From an uncultured Anaerolineaceae bacterium (GTDB taxonomy: Bacteria; Chloroflexota; Limnocylindria; Limnocylindrales; CSP1-4): a stretch of DNA of 64,000 nt. The stretch covers positions 13,737 to 77,736 of the forward strand of contig CAYRTS010000003.1 in assembly GCA_964427285.1 (NCBI GenBank), in the 5' to 3' direction. The position numbers and the translations under genes were made by a program. This document shows positions 7,980 to 17,260 of the stretch, piece after piece. Each line of letters opens with the position of its first letter. Position 1 is the first letter of the stretch. The notes beneath the pieces were generated by a model. It ran no database searches, was not told where the DNA came from, and worked only from the letters and a program-made list of their open reading frames with translations.

Positions 7980-9641
7980 TCACAGATCGGCGAGATGCTG
8001 GTGGACGAACTTGACCGCCATGGCACCCTCGCCGACCGACGAGGCGATCCGCTTGACCGAGTCCGACCGGACATCGCCGGCGCTGAAGATCCCCGGGACG
8101 TTCGTCTCCAGCAGGAACGGCTGGCGGGCCGGCCGCCAGCCGGGGGGGCGATCGCCGGCGCGCCCGAGATCGGCCCCCGTGACGACGAATCCGGCCTTGT
8201 CGCGTTCGACGAGATCGCCCAGCCACTCCGTGCGCGGCGCCTGCCCGATGAAGACGAACATCGCGGCGACTGGAAGTCCCGTTTGCGATCCGTCGGCCTT
8301 GTCGGCCACGTCGATCGCCGCGAGCGCCTTTTCGCCGTGCACGGCCACGACGTTGACGTTGGTTCGCACGGTGATGTTCGGGGAGGCCCCGATCTGGTCC
8401 ACCAGATAGGCGGACATCCCGGCTGCCAGCGAGTCGCCGCGGATCAGGACGGTGACATGCTCGACGAACCGGGCGAGGTAGACGGCGGCCTGTCCGGCGG
8501 AGTTGCCACCGCCCAGGACCGCCACGCGCTCACCACGGTAGAAGGACGCCTCTGTGGTGGCGCCGCCGTAGTAGATGCCAGCCCCCGCGAGCCGGACGGC
8601 ATCCGGAAGATCGAGTTTCCGGTACTCGACCCCCGTGGCGACAAGGAGTGCCTGGCAACTCACCTGCGACCCGTCTGCCAGCCGGACCAGCTTGTACGGG
8701 TCCTCCACGGTCACGCCGACGACCTCCTGGGGGGTCAGGACCTCGGCCCCCAGGCGGCTGGCCTGAGCCACGGCCCGACGGGCCAGGTCGGATCCGGAAA
8801 GGCCGGCCGGGAAGCCCAGGTAATTGTCGATCCGGGAGGTAGTCCCGGCCTGACCTCCAGGGGCCTCCCGCTCCACGATCAGGGTCTTGAGTCCCTCGGA
8901 GGCTCCGTAGACAGCGGCGGCGAGGCCGGCGGGTCCGCCACCCACGATGACCAGGTCGTAGTAGGGAAGCGCGGCATGCGTCCGCAAGCCGACGCGCCCC
9001 GCGATATCGGCGTTTGACGGGCCGACCAGGTGGGTCCCGTCGCCAAACACCACCAGCGGCTGCCCGTCGGCGTCCACGCCGGCGCTGACGGCGAGTTCGG
9101 ATGCCTCCTTCTCTTTCTCGATGTCGAGCCAGCGGTACGGGATCTGGTTGCGCGCCAGGTAATCCTTGATCTCGTGCGCGCGGGCAGACCAGCGGTGGCT
9201 GACGACGCGGACGCCCTCGAACGGCGGCCGGAAGCCCGCCCGCCAGTCGCCGAGCACATCCTCAAGGACGGGAAACAGCTTGTCCTCGGGCGGGTCCCAC
9301 GGCTTGAGCAGGTAATGGTCAAGCTGGATGGTGTTGATCGCGGCGATCGCGACCTCGGTGTCGGCATACGCGGTGAGCAGCACGCGCTTGGCGTCCGGAT
9401 AGATCTCGCGGGCCGCCGCGAGGAACTCGACGCCCGACATCGCGGGCATGCGCTGGTCCGCCAGGAAGAGTGCGACGGTCGAGCCGCGCAGCTTCAGGCG
9501 GCGCACTACGTCGAGCGCCACCGCGCCGCTCTCGGCGGCCACGATCCGGTAGGCCGACCCAAATCGGCCGCGCAGGTCGCGTTCGACGGCGCGAAGAACC
9601 TGCGGATCGTCGTCGATCGCGACGATGACGGGGTTCTCCAC
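7980..9641 (-). CDS. Fused response-regulator receiver / thioredoxin-reductase-like FAD/NAD(P) oxidoreductase
   Basis: REC domain: VIVAIDDD...LFLADQRMPAMSG...LLKPW. C-terminal half: YDLVIVGGGPAGLAAA and VAVLGGGNSAGQAA dinucleotide folds. The position of the TrxR redox CxxC reads GGATTEAS (no Cys). Confidence 0.85.
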   Translation of the reverse strand: MENPVIVAIDDDPQVLRAVERDLRGRFGSAYRIVAAESGAVALDVVRRLKLRGSTVALFLADQRMPAMSGVEFLAAAREIYPDAKRVLLTAYADTEVAIAAINTIQLDHYLLKPWDPPEDKLFPVLEDVLGDWRAGFRPPFEGVRVVSHRWSARAHEIKDYLARNQIPYRWLDIEKEKEASELAVSAGVDADGQPLVVFGDGTHLVGPSNADIAGRVGLRTHAALPYYDLVIVGGGPAGLAAAVYGASEGLKTLIVEREAPGGQAGTTSRIDNYLGFPAGLSGSDLARRAVAQASRLGAEVLTPQEVVGVTVEDPYKLVRLADGSQVSCQALLVATGVEYRKLDLPDAVRLAGAGIYYGGATTEASFYRGERVAVLGGGNSAGQAAVYLARFVEHVTVLIRGDSLAAGMSAYLVDQIGASPNITVRTNVNVVAVHGEKALAAIDVADKADGSQTGLPVAAMFVFIGQAPRTEWLGDLVERDKAGFVVTGADLGRAGDRPPGWRPARQPFLLETNVPGIFSAGDVRSDSVKRIASSVGEGAMAVKFVHQHLADL

Positions 9642-9899
9642 GTTCCCTCCTGCTCGATGGGTCGTTGGTCGGCGTCGGACCTTCGCTCTGGAGCGATACT
9701 ACGCGTCGTGAAGCGGTAGAACTGGCCGAGGCGGCACGGCGAGCCGAGATCGGCACCGACGAACTCCGGCGGCTGATCGAACTGGAAGTCGTCATGCGGG
9801 CGGGTCGGACGTGGCCTTCGGGGAAATCGGCCCGGTCGAACGCAAGGGCGTGCCTGGTGCCATGCGCCTGCACGCCGCATTTCGGCCCGGCTGAGTGGC

Positions 9900-9960
9900 G
9901 CGGACCGCCCGCGGACCGCCCGCTGCCGGACTGCTGCCGGACTGCTGCCGGACTGCTGCC
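9900..9960. repeat. Two adjacent 11-bp tandem repeats
   Basis: GCGGACCGCCC x2 (9900-9921), immediately followed by GCTGCCGGACT x3.5 (9922-9960). Located in the 490-bp divergent intergenic region. Confidence 0.9.
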
Positions 9961-10036
9961 GAGAGATATTCGATCAATTGGGCCGCTCCTGGCGAATGAC
10001 GACGCAAGGCACGTAGCCGCCTGGGATGGACGTTGC

Positions 10037-10045
10037 GGGGGGGGG
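10037..10045. repeat. G9 homopolymer tract
   Basis: Nine consecutive G in the intergenic region, about 85 nt upstream of the liaF-like start. Confidence 0.9.
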
Positions 10046-10130
10046 CTAGCCCTACCTCGAAAACGCCGGGTGTCCGGCTGGTCGGCGGCCGCGTACGTTC
10101 GTACGGTTGTGCCATTGAGATCGAACAAAC

Positions 10131-11105
10131 ATGGAGGCAGGAAGGCACATGGTGAATCGGAGATTGCTGTATTTGGGCGTATTCCTTGTTGCGCTTGGCG
10201 CGGTGCTGCTGTACGGGCGGAACGAGACCGCCGATCGCGACGCTGTCCTGCGGGCGCTACAGCTCTGGCCGATCGTGGTCATCGGGCTCGGCGTGGCGCT
10301 GCTATTGCGCGGCACAAAACTGGGCATCGCCGGCGGCGTTCTCGCAGCCGCCATGCCGGGACTGCTGCTAGGGGGCCTGCTCGTGATCGGTTCGAGCCTC
10401 GAGGCTGACTGCGGTGTCAGCGAACCGCGGAGCGTCGAGACTCAGGAGGGTTCGTTTGGCGCTACCGCCCGTGTCGAGATTGGCGTGGACTGCGGCGAGC
10501 TGGCCGTGTCGATGGCGCCCAGCACCAGGTGGAAGGTTGAGACAAGCCACACCGCGGGTGCGAACCCGCGGATCGACGTCGAGCCCGATCGGCTCTCGGT
10601 CGCCTCGACGAACCAACGCACGCGCTTCGGGCTGCCCTGGAGCGGCGGAGACTTCACGATCGTCCTGCCGACCGACAGCCTGCTGGACCTGACCGCCGAG
10701 GTGAATGCCGGTCGCGGTCGACTGGACCTCGCCCGCGCTCGACTCGGCGATCTGCGGGTGGACGTGAATGCCGGCGATGTCCGGGTCGATCTCACCGGCG
10801 CGACCTTCGACACCTTGGCATTGGAGGCCAACGCGGCGTCCGCGGTCGTCCTCCTGCCAGCCAGCGAGGACTTCGAGGCCACCTTTGATGTCAATGCGGG
10901 CGAGCTCACGATCTGCGCCTCGGAGCGCCTGGGCCTGCGGATCCGGGATGAGATCGTCCTTGGCTCAGCGGACTACTCCGGGCTGATCCGCACCGATGGT
11001 GTCTGGGAATCCGCCGGATATGCATCGGCAACCCACCACGCGGACGTGACCGTTTCGGTCAACGTTGGTAGCGTGAACATCAATCCTGAAGGAGGATGCA
11101 AGTGA
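10131..11105 (+). CDS. LiaF-like / DUF4097-type putative envelope-stress membrane protein
   Basis: N-terminal TM helices followed by a repetitive beta-rich domain with DVNAG/EVNAG repeats (LDLTAEVNAGRGRLDL, VDVNAGDVRVDL, FDVNAGELTI). Alternative start at 10149. Confidence 0.65.
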   Translation: MEAGRHMVNRRLLYLGVFLVALGAVLLYGRNETADRDAVLRALQLWPIVVIGLGVALLLRGTKLGIAGGVLAAAMPGLLLGGLLVIGSSLEADCGVSEPRSVETQEGSFGATARVEIGVDCGELAVSMAPSTRWKVETSHTAGANPRIDVEPDRLSVASTNQRTRFGLPWSGGDFTIVLPTDSLLDLTAEVNAGRGRLDLARARLGDLRVDVNAGDVRVDLTGATFDTLALEANAASAVVLLPASEDFEATFDVNAGELTICASERLGLRIRDEIVLGSADYSGLIRTDGVWESAGYASATHHADVTVSVNVGSVNINPEGGCK

Positions 11106-11617
11106 ACTCTCGTCGACTCTATCGCTGCCGCGAGGATCGCAAGCTCGCAGGTGTCGCCGCCGGCATGGCCGAATACCTGGACATGGACCCAACCCTGATC
11201 AGGATCGGCTGGATCCTGTCCGCCTTCCTCGGCGGCTTTACGATCCTGCTCTACATCATCCTCGCGTTCGTGGTCCCGATTGAGCCTGCCGCCAAGGCGG
11301 CCCACGTCGGAGATCCGAGCGTGGACCCCGCTGCCCCGGGTCCCGACGCCGGGGAGAGACCACAAGCCGCGCAGCCGCACTGGACGGCCGATACCGCGTC
11401 CGCGGGCCATGACCACCATCGGCGCTCAGCCGATGATCGGCCCGGACGTGCGGGCATGATCTTCGGTGTCCTGCTCGTCGTGTTCGGCTCGATCGCCCTG
11501 GTAGGCCAGGCGTTCCCCGGCTGGATCGCTGACATCCACCTTGGCCCAGCGTTCGTTCTGGCCGTAGGCGTCGCCCTCCTGATTGGCTCGGCCCGCCGGC
11601 CCGCCGCGGGGTCCTGA
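11102..11617 (+). CDS. PspC domain-containing membrane protein
   Basis: LYRCREDRKLAGVAAGMAEYLDMDPTLIRIGWIL is the PspC signature. GTG start at 11102 follows GGAGGA and overlaps the upstream stop (GTGA). Confidence 0.85.
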   Translation: MNSRRLYRCREDRKLAGVAAGMAEYLDMDPTLIRIGWILSAFLGGFTILLYIILAFVVPIEPAAKAAHVGDPSVDPAAPGPDAGERPQAAQPHWTADTASAGHDHHRRSADDRPGRAGMIFGVLLVVFGSIALVGQAFPGWIADIHLGPAFVLAVGVALLIGSARRPAAGS

Positions 11618-11624
11618 TCGTCGG

Positions 11625-12989
11625 ATGATCGTCGGCGGCCCACTTTTCGTTCTCGGTCTGCTCCTGATCCTGAGCGCCGTGTTTGGCGCTCAGGTCGAGC
11701 GGCGAGCCCGGGGCGTGGCCGCGTTCGTCCTGTCCCCGCTCCATCCGGCCACCTGGCGCTCCACTCGCGCGATCGTCCAGGGATTCTTCATCGAGATCGT
11801 CGCGTTCTCCGTGGTCGTGTCCATCTTCTCGGCCGGGGGCTCATTGCTGGTCGTCGGGGTGGGAGTGGTGGTCATCGGGGTCGGGATCGAGGCCTGCCGG
11901 CTTGTCGCGCGGATCGAGCGTTCCCGCGCCTCTGCGCCCGGCGCTCGGCCGCTCCGGCCGCATCCCTACAGCCCCTACGGCTCGGGACCCCGAGGCCTGG
12001 CGACCGCGGTCTTCCTCGACGTCAATCGCTGGCGTGACGTGGTGTACGTGTTCGTCGCATTGCCGCTGGCCATCCTCGAATTCGCGGTGATCCTCGTGCT
12101 GTGGGTCCTGGCCGTGTCGCTCCTGTCCGTTCCGTTCTGGTTCGCGTCGCCGAACCTCCCGTTCACGGTGACCGGCCTGCCGGTATCGCCCGCGACGGTC
12201 GCGGTGGCGGCCGGCGTGGTCGGGCTCCTCCTGGCCCCGGTCGCGGCCTCCGCATCGCAAGGACTCATGACGCTCCATCGGGCGGTCGTCGCCGGGCTCC
12301 TCTGCTCCTCGGAACAGCGCGCGCTGGAGCGCCGGGTGGAAACCCTCGAAGAGAGCCGCCAGACGGTCCTTGACGTGGAGGCGAGCGAACTGCGGGGCAT
12401 CGAGCGGGACCTCCATGACGGCGCCCAGCAACGCCTGGTGATGCTGGCCATGGACCTCAGCCTGGCGGCAGAGCGGTTCGACTCGGATCCGGCGAGCGCG
12501 AAAGAGCTGGTCGAGGACGCCCGCGACCAGGCCAGGCTGGCCCTTGCTGAACTGCGCGACCTGGTGCGCGGGATCGCACCACCGATCCTGAACGATCGCG
12601 GGCTGGTGCCAGCCTTGCGTTCGATTGCCGGTCGTTGCTCGGTGCCCACGGTCGTACAGAGCAGCCTGCCCGAGGGTGATCGGCTCCCGGACACGCTCGA
12701 GCGGGCAGCGTATTTCGTGGTCGCCGAGGCGCTCGCGAACATCGCCAAGCATGCGACCGCCCGGAGGTGCGAGATTCGCTGCCGACGCGAGGCGGGGGCG
12801 CTGGTCGTCGAGATCTGGGACGACGGTCCCGGAGGCGCGCAGATCATCCCTGGTGGAGGCCTGGCGGGTCTGGCCGGTCGCGTCGAGGCGCTCGATGGTT
12901 CGTTCAGCGTCAGCAGCCCGGCAGGCGGTCCGACGCTCGTGCGCGCCGAGTTTCCCGCGGCGTCCGGAGCCGTGGCCACCGCCGGCTGA
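11625..12989 (+). CDS. Membrane sensor histidine kinase (HisKA_3/LiaS-like)
   Basis: Trimmed to the ATG at 11625. Multiple TM helices, then the HisKA_3 H-box IERDLHDGAQQRLV and an HATPase with DDGPGGA. Confidence 0.85.
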   Translation: MIVGGPLFVLGLLLILSAVFGAQVERRARGVAAFVLSPLHPATWRSTRAIVQGFFIEIVAFSVVVSIFSAGGSLLVVGVGVVVIGVGIEACRLVARIERSRASAPGARPLRPHPYSPYGSGPRGLATAVFLDVNRWRDVVYVFVALPLAILEFAVILVLWVLAVSLLSVPFWFASPNLPFTVTGLPVSPATVAVAAGVVGLLLAPVAASASQGLMTLHRAVVAGLLCSSEQRALERRVETLEESRQTVLDVEASELRGIERDLHDGAQQRLVMLAMDLSLAAERFDSDPASAKELVEDARDQARLALAELRDLVRGIAPPILNDRGLVPALRSIAGRCSVPTVVQSSLPEGDRLPDTLERAAYFVVAEALANIAKHATARRCEIRCRREAGALVVEIWDDGPGGAQIIPGGGLAGLAGRVEALDGSFSVSSPAGGPTLVRAEFPAASGAVATAG

Positions 12990-12997
12990 GCCGCGGC

Positions 12998-13657
12998 CTA
13001 TGACCCGAGGTAGGTCAGGACGGCCAGCACGCGTCGATGATCGTTCTCGGAATCGGGCAACTCCAGCTTCGCGAAAATGTTGCTGATGTGCTTCTCGGTG
13101 GCGCCTTCGGAGACGCCGAGGACCTGCGCGATCCCCATGTTGGTCCGCCCCTCGGCCATGGCGGCAAGGACCTCGCGCTCGCGCGGGGTCAGGCCATGGA
13201 GGCGGTCGTCGGGATGGCGCGGGATCATCAGCTCGGCGACCACCTCGGGATCGAGCGCGGTTCCGCCGCGGGCAACGCGCCGCAGCGCATCCATGAACTC
13301 GCGGATGTCCGCGACGCGGTCCTTCAACAGGTAGCCGACGCCGCCGGCCCGGTCCGCGAGCAGCTCCGTCGCGTACTGCCGCTCCACGTACTGGCTGAGG
13401 ACGAGTACCGGGGAGCCGGGAACCCGACGGCGCGCCTCGATCGCCGCGCGCAGACCTTCGTCGCGCTGGGTGGGCGGCATCCGCACATCGACAACCGAGA
13501 CGTCGGGCCGGTGCTCCACCACGGCCGCCACGAACGACGGTCCGTCGCCCACCTTGGCCACCACGACGCCCCCCGAATCGTTGATCAGCCGGGCCAACCC
13601 TTCGCGCAGGAGCGCGGAGTCCTCGGCGATGACCACCCGGAGCGGCTGGACGTCCAC
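12998..13657 (-). CDS. NarL/LuxR-family response regulator
   Basis: REC domain (RVVIAEDSALLREGL, VVDVRMPP) plus LuxR HTH (LTPREREVLAAMAEGRTNMGIAQVLGVSEGATEKHISNIF). The start is uncertain (GTG at 13657 or 13672). The gene is convergent with the kinase gene. Confidence 0.85.
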   Translation of the reverse strand: MDVQPLRVVIAEDSALLREGLARLINDSGGVVVAKVGDGPSFVAAVVEHRPDVSVVDVRMPPTQRDEGLRAAIEARRRVPGSPVLVLSQYVERQYATELLADRAGGVGYLLKDRVADIREFMDALRRVARGGTALDPEVVAELMIPRHPDDRLHGLTPREREVLAAMAEGRTNMGIAQVLGVSEGATEKHISNIFAKLELPDSENDHRRVLAVLTYLGS

Positions 13658-13768
13658 GCGTCGATCATGCACCAACCGCCCGCGCCCGATGGGTCGGTCG
13701 CCGTCCGTTTGATCGAGCGCCGTCCGTTTGGCCACGTCAGCCTCAGTTCGCCGGGTACCCTGACGCTC

Positions 13769-16195
13769 GTGAGGAGCCAGTACCGCGTCGTGGTCATCGG
13801 TGGCGGGATCGTCGGCGTCAGCATCGCCTACCACCTGGCGCTGCGAGGCATGACGGATGTGGCGATCGTCGAGCGCGACCGACTGACGGCAGGCTCGTCA
13901 TGGCACGCCGCCGGGGGGTTCCATGCCATCAATGCCGACTCGCGGATCGCCGCACTCCAGCGCTACACGATCGGGCAGTACCCGGTCGTGCAGGCAGAAA
14001 GTGGCCAGGACATCGGCCTTCGGATGTCCGGCGGACTCGAACTCGCCGGTACCCCAGATCGCTGGCGATGGCTCAGGTCGGAGCTGGCGTGGCTGCGGAG
14101 CCAGGGCCACGACGGCGCGCATCTGCTCTCCCCCGAGGAAGCCGCCGCCATGGTCCCGATCATTGATCCGGCCGGCCTGTTCGGCGCGTTGTTCGATCCG
14201 GAGGAGGGCAATCTCGATCCCAACGGCGCCGTATACGCCTATGCCGCGGCAGCCCGGACGCGCGGGGCGGAGGTCATCGTCGGCAACCGGGTCACCGCCC
14301 TGGAGCGACGCCCGGACGGCGACTGGGATGTGTCGACCGAACAGGGAACCATCACCGCCGAGCATGTCGTGAATGCGGCCGGGCTGTGGGCTCGCCGGGT
14401 CGGGCGGATGGTCGGCGTGGACCACCCACTCGTGCCGATGCCTCATCACTACCTGGTCACCGACGAGATCCCGGTCGTCGCCGCGATCGAGGGGCTCATG
14501 CCGGCGGTCACCGATCTCGAGGGCTTCACCTACCTCCAGCGCGAGGGCAACGGGGTGCTCCTGGGGATCTATGAACAGCGCCCGGTCCACTGGCAGGTGG
14601 ACGGGGCGCCGTGGGACTTCGGGATGACCCTCTTTCCCGAAGATGTCGAGCGGATCGCGCCCGAGCTGCGAATGGCGTTCGAGCGCTTCCCGGTGCTCCG
14701 GGACGTCGGGGTCCGGAAATGGGTGAACGGTGCGTTCACCTTTACGCCGGACGGAAACCCGCTCGTCGGACCCGTTGACGGCATCCCCGGCTACTGGGCG
14801 GCCTGCGGCTGCATGGCGGGGTTCTCGCAGGGCGCCGGGATCGGGCTCGCGCTGGCGAACTGGATCGTCGACGGCGATCCCGGCTACGACGTGTTCGGAA
14901 TGGACGTCGCCCGGTTTGGCGGGTATGCCGCAGACGACCGCTACCTGCGAGCGACGACGGCCCAGTTCTACGCCCGGCGGTTCGTGATGGCCTACCCGAA
15001 CCAGGAGCTGCCGGCCGGGCGACCGCTGAAGACATCCCCCTGCCACGAGGTCTTCCTGGCGTCAGGCGCACGGTACACCGTGAACTGGGGCCTCGAGGTG
15101 CCGCTCTACTTCGCGCCGGATCCCGGGTTCGTCGAGACGGCGGCGATCGGGCGATCCAACGCCGAGCCGATCGTGGCCCAGGAGGTCGCGGCGGTCCGGA
15201 CGGCCGCGGGTGTTTATGAGATCGCGGGGTACGCGCGCTATGAGGTGACCGGGCCGGCTGCCGCGGCCTGGCTTGACCATCTCCTCGCCGGGCGACTCCC
15301 TGGCGTCGGGCGGATCCGGCTGGCACCGATGCTTGGGCCGGCCGGCCGGCTGATGGGCGACTTCACGGTGACCCGGCTGGCGCAGGATCGATTCTGGCTG
15401 ACCGGCTCCTACTACCTCCAGGATTGGCATCTGCGCTGGTTCCGCAGCCAGCTGCCGTCCGCCGGGGTCTCCCTCCGAAACCTCACCGAGGATCTGATGG
15501 GCTTTTCGGTCTCCGGCCCCGCATCGCGGTCGATCCTGGAGACGCTCGCCGCTGATGACGTGTCTGGCGCCGCGTTCCCATTCCTGACCGCACGTGCGAT
15601 GGAGGTCGCTGGCCTGGATGCGACGGTTGGTCGGATTTCGCTGACCGGCGAGCTTGGCTACGAGATCGTGGTCCCGACCGAACGGCACCTGGCGCTCTTC
15701 CACGCCCTCCGCGACGCGGGACGGGCGCACGGCCTGCGCCTGGTCGGTGACCGGGCGATCGACTCGCTCCGCCTCGAGAAGGGCTATGGCATCTGGTCGG
15801 CTGAGTTCCGCCAGGACATCACCCCGGGGATGTCGGGGCTGGACCGCTTCGTCGCGTTCGACAAGGGCGCGTTCACCGGGCGCGAAGCGGCGCTGCGCGA
15901 GCGCGAACACGGTGTCGCTCGCACGCTCGTCCTGCTCGATGTGGACGCGGCCGACGCCGACGCCGCGAAGGACGACGGCATCTGGCTCGATGGACGGCTT
16001 GTGGGGGTTGTGACCTCTGGCGCCTATGGCCACCACGTGGGAAAGAGCCTGGCACTCGCCTACGTGGATTGCGAGGTGGCAGCGGCACCGCCTGAACTCA
16101 CCATCACTGTAGTCGGCGAGCCGAGACCGGCCCGGATCCTGCCGGAGATCCCGTACGACCCGCTGGGTCTACGATTGCGGGACGTTCCTGGCTGA
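13769..16195 (+). CDS. Dimethylglycine/sarcosine dehydrogenase-like FAD oxidoreductase with C-terminal GcvT (folate-binding aminomethyltransferase) domain
   Basis: Trimmed to the GTG at 13769. Motifs: VVVIGGGIVGVSIAYHL and SSWHAAGG (covalent-flavin His context). The C-terminal ~400 aa carries GcvT-like motifs (GYEIVVP, RLEKGY). Confidence 0.8.
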   Translation: MRSQYRVVVIGGGIVGVSIAYHLALRGMTDVAIVERDRLTAGSSWHAAGGFHAINADSRIAALQRYTIGQYPVVQAESGQDIGLRMSGGLELAGTPDRWRWLRSELAWLRSQGHDGAHLLSPEEAAAMVPIIDPAGLFGALFDPEEGNLDPNGAVYAYAAAARTRGAEVIVGNRVTALERRPDGDWDVSTEQGTITAEHVVNAAGLWARRVGRMVGVDHPLVPMPHHYLVTDEIPVVAAIEGLMPAVTDLEGFTYLQREGNGVLLGIYEQRPVHWQVDGAPWDFGMTLFPEDVERIAPELRMAFERFPVLRDVGVRKWVNGAFTFTPDGNPLVGPVDGIPGYWAACGCMAGFSQGAGIGLALANWIVDGDPGYDVFGMDVARFGGYAADDRYLRATTAQFYARRFVMAYPNQELPAGRPLKTSPCHEVFLASGARYTVNWGLEVPLYFAPDPGFVETAAIGRSNAEPIVAQEVAAVRTAAGVYEIAGYARYEVTGPAAAAWLDHLLAGRLPGVGRIRLAPMLGPAGRLMGDFTVTRLAQDRFWLTGSYYLQDWHLRWFRSQLPSAGVSLRNLTEDLMGFSVSGPASRSILETLAADDVSGAAFPFLTARAMEVAGLDATVGRISLTGELGYEIVVPTERHLALFHALRDAGRAHGLRLVGDRAIDSLRLEKGYGIWSAEFRQDITPGMSGLDRFVAFDKGAFTGREAALREREHGVARTLVLLDVDAADADAAKDDGIWLDGRLVGVVTSGAYGHHVGKSLALAYVDCEVAAAPPELTITVVGEPRPARILPEIPYDPLGLRLRDVPG

Positions 16196-16251
16196 CGGCG
16201 GCGCCCCAGGCAGGATGTCACCGGGTATGGGTCCCAGGAATCACCGCGGCG

Positions 16252-16941
16252 TCAGGCGGTCTTCGTCCCGGCCGTGGCGAACGCCATCGCCCGTTGGAGC
16301 GCGGCGGCCCGCATGTCGCCCGGGATCTCGACCGGGCCGCCCAGCGCCTGCGCATTGATGGCCGCCTGGGCCGCCTCTTCGACGACGCCGCCGACCAGGA
16401 TTGCCAGGTCCGCCGACCGATGGAACACGAGGACCCCGTGGTTGGCCAGCAGCACCGCAGGGACACCGGGTCGCACGGCCCGCCGGATATTTGCGATGGA
16501 CGCCTCGGACCCTCGCGGACCGTAGGCAGCGACAGGCACGCCGTCAGGTAGGCCGAACATCGCGAGCGCTTCGATCCAGCAGTCGATCGGGCGATTGGCA
16601 ACAGCGAATGCCGTCGCGAACGGAGAATGCGTGTGGACGACGCAACCGACCTCGGGCCCGTCCTGGTACATCGCCGTGTGCATAGCCACCACGGCGCCCT
16701 GGATCGGCGGCAGCTGACCTTCGAGGAGCGTCCCGTCGAGGCCGACCCGAACGACGCCATCCGGCCCGAGCCCCCGGAGCGACGGGGCTGACGTGAAATA
16801 CATCTCCTCCGCGCCGGGGGCTCGCAGGCTGACGTTCCCATGCCCATTCGCCGAGATCGCCCCGCCGGCGACCACCCTGGCCGCCGCACTCAATACCTCG
16901 TCCACGAGAGTCTTGTCCAACTCTGGGCCTCCAATCGCCAT
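16252..16941 (-). CDS. Class II aldolase/adducin family protein
   Basis: 229 aa. Motifs: NGHGNVSLR, CVVHTHSPFATAFA and LLANHGVLVF. Confidence 0.8.
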   Translation of the reverse strand: MAIGGPELDKTLVDEVLSAAARVVAGGAISANGHGNVSLRAPGAEEMYFTSAPSLRGLGPDGVVRVGLDGTLLEGQLPPIQGAVVAMHTAMYQDGPEVGCVVHTHSPFATAFAVANRPIDCWIEALAMFGLPDGVPVAAYGPRGSEASIANIRRAVRPGVPAVLLANHGVLVFHRSADLAILVGGVVEEAAQAAINAQALGGPVEIPGDMRAAALQRAMAFATAGTKTA

Positions 16942-17260
16942 GAATCGGTTGTGGATGTCTACGGTCTGCCGTGCGGCCGGGATATCGGCCTGGAACGCGC
17001 CGGTCCGCCGGGGAACATGGTATGCGCGCAGGCAGCTGTGGACCTCCGCTGCGAGTCGGCGTGCTTCGGCGCTCGCGGTCGAGCCGCACCCGGGCGGCAG
17101 CGATCGCGACTCATCGCCGCTCCGCCGGCGCCTATCCGCCCGCCGTCAGTCGCCGAGCTGTCGGCCAACGACGGCCAGAGCGCGCCACTGAATTCGCGGT
17201 CCCGGTCGGCTCGCTTTCCGATACGCTCTCGCAGACGTTTTTTTCGAGAGGACGATCGGA

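Noticed and set aside
7980-9641. Annotating the REC fusion as a thioredoxin-disulfide reductase
   Set aside because: The redox-active CxxC of TrxR is replaced by GATTEA. Only 'TrxR-like flavoprotein' is supportable.
9690-9860. Possible decayed MerR/HTH-type gene fragment in the intergenic region (AVELAEAARRAEIGTDELRRLIELEVV)
   Set aside because: The resemblance to HTH regulators covers only about 25 aa, needs a frameshift to continue, and cannot be tested without a search. It is too weak to report as a feature.
9900-9960. Possible CRISPR array or minisatellite
   Set aside because: The units are only 11 bp, directly abutting with no spacers, and no cas genes are in the window. I call it a simple tandem repeat.
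16942-17260. ORFs 16840..17661 and 16971..17264 in the gap between the aldolase gene and the cyclase remnant
   Set aside because: Their translations are Arg/Pro-rich nonsense with no motifs. I treat the region as a divergent promoter spacer.
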